64,000 bases of DNA from a virus, in IMG/VR virus record IMGVR_UViG_3300044259_000094, positions 1-64,000 of that record. One strand, written 5' to 3'. The notes under the pieces were generated by a model. The model saw nothing but the letters and a program-made list of their open reading frames with translations, did not search any database and was not told the DNA's origin. Of the stretch, positions 46,647 to 52,616 are shown piece after piece (position 1 is the stretch's first letter; each line of letters starts with the position of its first letter). The translations under genes were made by a program, and so were the position numbers.

Positions 46647-46680
46647 AGATTACACGCTTGAGTCTGGGGTGTAGCGGGTT
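46647..46680 (-). promoter_or_regulatory. phage promoter motif, -10 in hairpin loop
   Basis: AACCCG CTAC ACCCCA N12 TAATCT; 11-bp inverted repeat AGACTCAAGCG/CGCTTGAGTCT. Confidence 0.75.
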
Positions 46681-46683
46681 TGA

Positions 46684-47088
46684 TCAGTCTGCCCAAATAG
46701 CGTTCGGATCTACCCAGTCCGGGTCTTTCTCGAAGCTCACATCCACGCTCTCGCTGTAGTAACCATTGGACTCACCCAGCCAGCGAATGACCACGAACCC
46801 ATGTTCGGTAGCAAGCCTGTAAAAAGTCCAGGTGGAAGTTCCATAATTCTCTTCATCACCAGACTGGGACGACTCTTCTGCGAGGACGAGAGGCCCATAA
46901 CCAATGAGGTCACCAATATCGCCCTCAACATCCGAAACCGATACAGACTCACAGCAATCCTGCTCGTGATGCATACGAATAACCAAACCGTCACTGGTGT
47001 GGATTCTGATTTCCTCACTGTCCTTACTCGCTCCGTCAATCTTGACGATGGTTTTACCTACAAGGTCTTCAAACTTCATTCGTTCCAT
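46684..47088 (-). CDS. DUF7448-like phage protein
   Basis: HEQDCCESV...TWTFY.LAT..G.V.IRWLGESNGYYSESV. Confidence 0.75.
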   Translation of the reverse strand: MERMKFEDLVGKTIVKIDGASKDSEEIRIHTSDGLVIRMHHEQDCCESVSVSDVEGDIGDLIGYGPLVLAEESSQSGDEENYGTSTWTFYRLATEHGFVVIRWLGESNGYYSESVDVSFEKDPDWVDPNAIWAD

Positions 47089-48560
47089 TAGCTAATCTCC
47101 AAGATGCCAGTCATGAACCGCATCTTGCTCAAGTCCTGGCTGATTTTGAGGGTGAATTCACCAGCTTGGTTCCGGGATGCTGCGAAGTAAAGGCGAGCTT
47201 CACCTTTGGCCTTCTCTTCATCCGTGCGGTTGATGGTCAACACCAAGTCGGCGATGCGGATTTTGTTGAAGTCTTCTGCGGCGTGCTCTGCTTTCGCTAC
47301 GTCAGCAGTGAAGCCGGCACGGTTCGTCTGTGTTGCGGTCAGTACAGCGGCGTTCTCTTCGTGGGCGATTGCACGCAGACCCAACCAGACCTGCTTGGAC
47401 TCGTTGATGTCGTTACCCGATTTGATTTCGGCCGCCATGATGTCGGCGTAGTCGACTACGATCAGGTCGAAGATGATGCCTTGTGCGCGGTAGAACTCGA
47501 TGACTTTGCGCAGGTCTGCACAGGTCATTGTACCCGATGGATACTCAACGACTTTCAAGACGCCAGGCTTACGCATGGATGCCCGATTCTTGACGCCCTT
47601 CTCGACTTCGTTACCCTTGGCTGCCAAGTCAGCCATATCAACGCCGGACACGTTTGCGTCCATACGTTCCATGATGATCTTGGCTGCTACTTCGAGGGTG
47701 ACATACAGCACGTTGTAGCCGGCGCTAGAAGAAGCGATTGCCCAGTGAAGCAAGCCAGTGGACTTACCCTTCTTGGCACCACCCATGACAACGGACAGTT
47801 CCTTTCGGCCCCATCCATCGTGGTACAGCATCTTGTTCAGTTTCGGCAGACCCGTGGTCACACCGTCTTTCTTAATCAGACCGGCTTCAACGTCACGACG
47901 GTACTGAGTACGGGACTCGATGCTGTTCCAGTAGTCGTTGTCTTGAACCACAGCCTGCGCGCCTGTAGCAAACGCCTTCTGCATGATTTTTTCGGCTTTC
48001 GCATGTTCTCCCTTCTCCACAAGCGGGATGGTCATCATGTAAGCCGCGCTGATTGCTTGCTTCTTGGCGAACTCAGCAACCTTATCTACAGCGTAGTCAC
48101 GGCTCGGCAGACCCTCTTTCAGGATTTTCTTGAGAGCGACGACCATATCCGGGACGTCATCGTCACGAATCGCCTTCTCTGCTTTCGCATCCTTGATCAG
48201 CTCTGCCCACTCGCCGCGCTCGGGTAGACGACGGTACTTCTCATGATAGGTTTGGCTGATGTGAACCAGTGCCGACAGACTGCGGTCTTCGAAGTATTCA
48301 GGTTTGACCAACCCGTCTACGCGACGATAGAAAGCTTCATCGCGTAGGGTCAGTGCCGCGATCTTCTGTTGGAAGTCTGCTTCGAATTGGAAAGCCTCAG
48401 CACCCTCTTCCAGGGTTGGGAGCGGCTTGATCCGGGTGCTCATTTGCATGACGGTTTCGATTTCGTCATCCAATTCTTCGTCTGGCTCGGGTTCGACCAT
48501 GCCCATCTGTCTCGCCAATTGATCGGCGAGACTATTCTTAATTTCGGATTCGTCAGACAT
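47088..48560 (-). CDS. DnaB-like (SF4) replicative helicase
   Basis: GGAKKGKS, YVTLE, IVVDYAD, TATQTNR; start moved to MSDESE. Confidence 0.9.
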   Translation of the reverse strand: MSDESEIKNSLADQLARQMGMVEPEPDEELDDEIETVMQMSTRIKPLPTLEEGAEAFQFEADFQQKIAALTLRDEAFYRRVDGLVKPEYFEDRSLSALVHISQTYHEKYRRLPERGEWAELIKDAKAEKAIRDDDVPDMVVALKKILKEGLPSRDYAVDKVAEFAKKQAISAAYMMTIPLVEKGEHAKAEKIMQKAFATGAQAVVQDNDYWNSIESRTQYRRDVEAGLIKKDGVTTGLPKLNKMLYHDGWGRKELSVVMGGAKKGKSTGLLHWAIASSSAGYNVLYVTLEVAAKIIMERMDANVSGVDMADLAAKGNEVEKGVKNRASMRKPGVLKVVEYPSGTMTCADLRKVIEFYRAQGIIFDLIVVDYADIMAAEIKSGNDINESKQVWLGLRAIAHEENAAVLTATQTNRAGFTADVAKAEHAAEDFNKIRIADLVLTINRTDEEKAKGEARLYFAASRNQAGEFTLKISQDLSKMRFMTGILEIS

Positions 48561-48600
48561 TGTTGGCCCTTTGGGGTGATTTGTGCGTTGCAGCACTCGA

Positions 48601-48634
48601 AGTATACGCGCTGCGAAGTGGGGTAAAACTAGCT
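48601..48634 (-). promoter_or_regulatory. phage promoter motif (distal CC absent)
   Basis: ACCCCA N12 TATACT. Confidence 0.6.
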
Positions 48635-49345
48635 AGACAGAGCTACCGCACGGCGAATCAGATCACTACCGGATCGAGGGAAGGCGAACATGATTTGTTC
48701 GCGGGAGATTTGACCCTTCTCCATGATGGTCGCGAGCACACCTTCCGGGTAGCTTGAGCCTTTGATCCTGTTGAACAGCCAGTTCAGATACTTGATCTGC
48801 TCCTGCCCACCCTGATAGTTCTCTGCCAGATACGCTTCGTGGGCTGCGTAGAACGCGCTGTGAGACGTCCGGGCTACCCAGCGCTCTACGACATACTCGA
48901 CAAGCGATGGCAGCCCTTTAAGACGCTCAGGGACGGTCTGGGTGTACATCTGCGACGTAGTGGGCAAGAAAGTCATGCGAGCTTTGTCGGCAAACTGCAT
49001 CGCGTGCTCGCAATAGAAGTCATAAGGGCAACCGATGCGATCTGCCATCTGACGACCACGCCATAGGCCGTTGAGAGCGCGGGCTGGCAATTCGAAGATG
49101 ACGTCCTTTTTGAGGCCCTTCATGTTCAGACCGATCCACAGATCAGTACGCCGGGACACTGCACGTTTCAGAGCGGACGCATAAGCCTCAGCGTAAGCCT
49201 GGGTAGCTTGAGCCGGGTGCATGAAACGGTAGTCCCAGAATTTGGTTTCGTTTAGCTCAGCCTCTTCCTGGAGAAGGTTGAGAGGAATGTACCGGAGTGA
49301 CAGTGCGTCACATTGGAGTGGGGTCCATTCTGCGCTGTTAACCAT
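48629..49345 (-). CDS. hypothetical protein upstream of helicase (possible initiator or loader)
   Basis: TKFWDYRFMHP...GLWRGRQMAD.IGCPYDFY; start uncertain (ATG 49345 chosen). Confidence 0.7.
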   Translation of the reverse strand: MVNSAEWTPLQCDALSLRYIPLNLLQEEAELNETKFWDYRFMHPAQATQAYAEAYASALKRAVSRRTDLWIGLNMKGLKKDVIFELPARALNGLWRGRQMADRIGCPYDFYCEHAMQFADKARMTFLPTTSQMYTQTVPERLKGLPSLVEYVVERWVARTSHSAFYAAHEAYLAENYQGGQEQIKYLNWLFNRIKGSSYPEGVLATIMEKGQISREQIMFAFPRSGSDLIRRAVALSS

Positions 49346-49424
49346 GATGGGTAGCTCTGTGCGTTGCTGAGCTGTGAATGATGAAGCGAGGAGACCGGGT
49401 TTGCAAGAAGGTGGGTCAGTGTGT

Positions 49425-49498
49425 CCACATCCAACCCTTCCCTTATATAAGACTTCTAACAAGAAGAATTGTATTAAATAGGGAAGGGTAGGATGTGG
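49425..49498. repeat. long inverted repeat enclosing an AT-rich core
   Basis: CCACATCCAACCCTTCCCT (49425-49443) / AGGGAAGGGTAGGATGTGG (49480-49498), 18 of 19 pairs. Confidence 0.85.
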
Positions 49499-49501
49499 CT
49501 G
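49468..49501 (-). promoter_or_regulatory. phage promoter motif
   Basis: CAGCCA CATC CTACCC N12 TACAAT. Confidence 0.7.
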
Positions 49502-49503
49502 TA

Positions 49504-50289
49504 TCAGTTGTCGCGGTAAGCCAAGACTACATCGCGGACCAGAGGATCGCGCTCGATGTCATCCACATCGAACTCAAACATGGCGGCGGCTTTGCTGTTG
49601 CGGAGACGGTGGGTAGCGTCAGCCAGGCCATTTTCATCGCCGGCACGGTCAGACTGCTTCAAGTCACCGGTCAGAACCACAGTGCTGTCTGCACCGATCC
49701 GGGTCAGGAACATCTTCATCTGGCCCTGGGTCGAGTTTTGAGCCTCGTCCATGATCACGAAGGCGTTACGGAAGGTGGCACCACGCATCATCATCAGTGG
49801 CTTGCCGATGATCAGGCCGTATTTCACATAGCTCTCGACCTTGCTGCGACCGAGCTTGCCTTCGAGGACTTCCAGCGCTGGACCGATCCAGGCTTGGAAC
49901 TTCTCCCACTCACTACCCGGGAGGAAGCCGATGTCCTCGTCACAGCCGACCATTGGGCGAGTGATGATGATCCGCTCGATTTCACCAGCTTCGAGGGCTT
50001 CGCAGGCCAGGCTCACGCTCAAGAAGGTCTTGCCGGTACCAGCGGGGCCGGTCAGGAAGATCAGGCGGTTGTTCTCGATCAGGTTGATAGCTCGGGATTG
50101 CGATTCGTTCCGTGGCTCCAGCTTGCCGAAGCGGGTTCGATTCGCCTGGTACTCCAGGTGAGCTTCCAGGTCTTCCTGGTTCTGGTGGTTGGCGTTGCTC
50201 AGCTCGGGGAATTTACCCCCATGTTTTTCCTCGCGGCGAGTTTGACGACGGTTTTCACGGCGTTTTTGGCGAGCTTGATTACCAGACAT
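49504..50289 (-). CDS. phoH: PhoH-family ATPase
   Basis: GPAGTGKT, IITRP, GFLPG, MRGATF, DEAQN, LTRIG, GD..QSD. Confidence 0.93.
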   Translation of the reverse strand: MSGNQARQKRRENRRQTRREEKHGGKFPELSNANHQNQEDLEAHLEYQANRTRFGKLEPRNESQSRAINLIENNRLIFLTGPAGTGKTFLSVSLACEALEAGEIERIIITRPMVGCDEDIGFLPGSEWEKFQAWIGPALEVLEGKLGRSKVESYVKYGLIIGKPLMMMRGATFRNAFVIMDEAQNSTQGQMKMFLTRIGADSTVVLTGDLKQSDRAGDENGLADATHRLRNSKAAAMFEFDVDDIERDPLVRDVVLAYRDN

Positions 50290-50299
50290 AGGGCTTTCC

Positions 50300-50581
50300 T
50301 TACTTCAAAGGACTGGGTTTGACTTGCTGGGTTTTGATGCACTCAAGCACTTGTGTGGCGCACAGCTTGAGTTCGGCTTCCAGAACGTTAGCTCTGGAAA
50401 TCCAGTCTTCATTGCTTCGAGGTTGATTGAATCCCGGGAGTGGGCATGGTGTCAGAGCGCACCGTTCCACCTTGCTCTCCGATTCCGTATAAACGGGGAT
50501 CGGTTGTGGCTTCACGGATGAACAGCCGACCAAGAGCATCAGGTACAGGCTGAGCGAGGTAATCGCGGACTGCTTGGTCAT
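50300..50581 (-). CDS. o-spanin (Rz1-like lipoprotein)
   Basis: LLVGC lipobox, Pro-rich, overlaps the Rz-like gene. Confidence 0.8.
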   Translation of the reverse strand: MTKQSAITSLSLYLMLLVGCSSVKPQPIPVYTESESKVERCALTPCPLPGFNQPRSNEDWISRANVLEAELKLCATQVLECIKTQQVKPSPLK

Positions 50582-50879
50582 TCTCTTTTACCTGCTGGAT
50601 GGCTTGATCGAGCTTGCGGCCTTGGCTACGAATATCGCCCTTCAACGCCTCAAAGTCCACACGAATTTCTTGAACCTGGCTGATGACCGACTCTCTGTCG
50701 GTGTACAGTTTCGTTTGCGACTCTAGCGCAGCTTGAAAACTAGCGCTCTGAGTCGCTAGAACGCTGTTTTTAGCGCGTTCAACGTCGAGCGCTGATCTGT
50801 AGTAGATAATTGCAGCGCTAAGCGCTATGAGCACGCTAAGCGCTGCTAGCGCAGCTGTGATTTTCGCTTGAAGATTCAT
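50409..50879 (-). CDS. i-spanin (Rz-like)
   Basis: N-terminal TM helix, coiled coil, YL.QPVPD; follows endolysin. Confidence 0.8.
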   Translation of the reverse strand: MNLQAKITAALAALSVLIALSAAIIYYRSALDVERAKNSVLATQSASFQAALESQTKLYTDRESVISQVQEIRVDFEALKGDIRSQGRKLDQAIQQVKENDQAVRDYLAQPVPDALGRLFIREATTDPRLYGIGEQGGTVRSDTMPTPGIQSTSKQ

Positions 50880-51370
50880 TGGTAGGGACTCAGGCAGAGT
50901 TCTTGTTCACGAAGCCGGCGCTCCCATACTCCCCAGCAGTTGTTCGAACGGACAGAGCAGTCTAAGCCGCCTGCGAACTTCCAACGTGGGAGCTGATTGC
51001 AGGCTCCGATTATGTCGCCTGAGTTGGCTTTCTTGAGAAGAGTTGAGGACTTGAAATTACCACCACCGGCGTTGAAGACAAAGCTGGTGAAGCTAACCAG
51101 TACGGGTTCAGGCAATTCAACCTTTGTGTTCTGGAGAACGACTTGCATCGCCTTCCAGATGTCGGTGCGGAACAAGGTTTCGCACATGGCGTTCGTGTAG
51201 ACCAGACCCTTCTTGACCTCCGGGCCAGTATGACCCCGACAGATAGTCCAGACCTTCACGCTGTCTTGATAGGCTTTGAGACTGATACCTTCTTCTGGAC
51301 CGATGAATGCCGCCGAAGCGGCAATAGCACCGGTGAAGGCGGTAGCAAGTAAGGTCTTTTTAACGTCCAC
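50876..51370 (-). CDS. SAR endolysin (phage lysozyme, GH24)
   Basis: Ala/Gly-rich N-terminal SAR segment; EG...AYQD...VWTIC.GHT catalytic triad; RR..E..LC. Confidence 0.9.
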   Translation of the reverse strand: MDVKKTLLATAFTGAIAASAAFIGPEEGISLKAYQDSVKVWTICRGHTGPEVKKGLVYTNAMCETLFRTDIWKAMQVVLQNTKVELPEPVLVSFTSFVFNAGGGNFKSSTLLKKANSGDIIGACNQLPRWKFAGGLDCSVRSNNCWGVWERRLREQELCLSPYQ

Positions 51371-51390
51371 ACTTCACCTCCACTAAGGCG

Positions 51391-51600
51391 TTAGCCTTTC
51401 TTTTTCTTGAACTTGGCGGCCCATTCGCCGATCTGAACCCAATACTTCGGGATCAAAAGGCCGATAGACATCACCAAATACAGCAGAGTAAGGACCGTGA
51501 TCCACTCTGTAGGGGTCATGCCCATTAGTACCGCTCCCGTAACTGCAACTGGTGGTGCTACTTTCAAGCCCTCCACCCCAATTTCTACTGCGGCGCTCAT
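51391..51600 (-). CDS. holin
   Basis: Small hydrophobic protein with basic C-terminus immediately upstream of endolysin. Confidence 0.75.
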   Translation of the reverse strand: MSAAVEIGVEGLKVAPPVAVTGAVLMGMTPTEWITVLTLLYLVMSIGLLIPKYWVQIGEWAAKFKKKKG

Positions 51601-51720
51601 CAGGAAATTACCATCTGAGGTTTAGAGCTGAGGTTCTTTTTCATAGTCTTGCGCCTCTTATGGTTGGCTAAGTGCTAGCACGGAATATTCTATTGCAAAT
51701 TTTACTTTTTCACCTGATAG

Positions 51721-51748
51721 AAAAAGGCCAATCTCGAAAGATTGGCCT
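51721..51748 (-). terminator. intrinsic terminator ending the tail operon
   Basis: AGGCCAATCT-TTCG-AGATTGGCCT followed by TTTT. Confidence 0.88.
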
Positions 51749-51785
51749 GATTTTTGATCGATGGCGCTAAAGTTTAGCGTCGTTT

Positions 51786-52019
51786 TTATTCCACCGGATC
51801 GGGTTCAGCAGGGACGACCGGAGCCGGGTCAGCCTTGGTGATCACAACGGCGGCGGTGTAGGTCTTCTGAACCTGGGCAACCGCGAGCTGAGCTTTCGGG
51901 TTGGTGTTCAGGAAGGCTTCTGCGGCTGCTTCGGCTTCCAGGAAGGTACCGTACTCGACGCCAAAATTCGGCGAGAACGGGTTTTCTTTGTTCAGAACGA
52001 TGAAGGTCATTTCTTCCAT
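51786..52019 (-). CDS. small tail-region protein
   Basis: AAGGA SD. Confidence 0.7.
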   Translation of the reverse strand: MEEMTFIVLNKENPFSPNFGVEYGTFLEAEAAAEAFLNTNPKAQLAVAQVQKTYTAAVVITKADPAPVVPAEPDPVE

Positions 52020-52044
52020 TTCCTTTCAGTTACCACAAGTGGAC

Positions 52045-52068
52045 AAGCCGCCGGGATGGTGGCTTTTT
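52045..52068 (+). terminator. hairpin with T-tract on the + (antisense) strand
   Basis: AAGCCGCC-GGGAT-GGTGGCTT-TTT. Confidence 0.45.
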
Positions 52069-52081
52069 CCAAGTGTACCAG

Positions 52082-52273
52082 CTACGAGTTCAAATCACCC
52101 TGAAATCTCTTTGGGTATTTGTCCTTGACAGCTTTGATCCTTGAGTACATAGGCTCTATCTTTGGGATCATGCCTTGATCCATGGCGTGCCAGATGGAAT
52201 CCATCTGCTCCTCGATCGAGGGGTATTCCTCGGACCGGCGCTTCCTGTGGTCCGATTCGTGCTTAATTTTCAT
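52082..52273 (-). CDS. small tail-associated protein (fibre chaperone-like)
   Basis: R..EYPSIEEQMD.IWH...IKAVKDKYPK motif common next to tail fibre genes. Confidence 0.7.
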   Translation of the reverse strand: MKIKHESDHRKRRSEEYPSIEEQMDSIWHAMDQGMIPKIEPMYSRIKAVKDKYPKRFQGDLNS

Positions 52274-52616
52274 ATAGTAACTCCATCGGCATATACGGCC
52301 AGATCTTTATTTCGATTTTGTGAGCCGCTTCAATAGAGAAGCTCAGTTCGATGTCCGAGCCATCCGCTTCGTACTCCATATCGTCAATGATTACCGACGC
52401 ACCCTCGGGTACACCACTCAGGATGTTGCCATTCAGAGTAGCGTTCAGGATAGGGCGATTGACAACCTCGCCCATGCTGACGTACTGCCGAGTCATATCG
52501 GCTTCCTTTTCGACGAACGACTTGGCTTCCTGGTTCACTAGGCGGATGGAGCCTGGAGACGAATGCGTCTCCAGGATCTCACCAGTGACCGGGTCGTACA
52601 CGGTCAGGTAGTTCAT
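52263..52616 (-). CDS. tail-associated protein
   Basis: YDP.TGEI; coupled to the tail-tip gene. Confidence 0.7.
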   Translation of the reverse strand: MNYLTVYDPVTGEILETHSSPGSIRLVNQEAKSFVEKEADMTRQYVSMGEVVNRPILNATLNGNILSGVPEGASVIIDDMEYEADGSDIELSFSIEAAHKIEIKIWPYMPMELLYEN

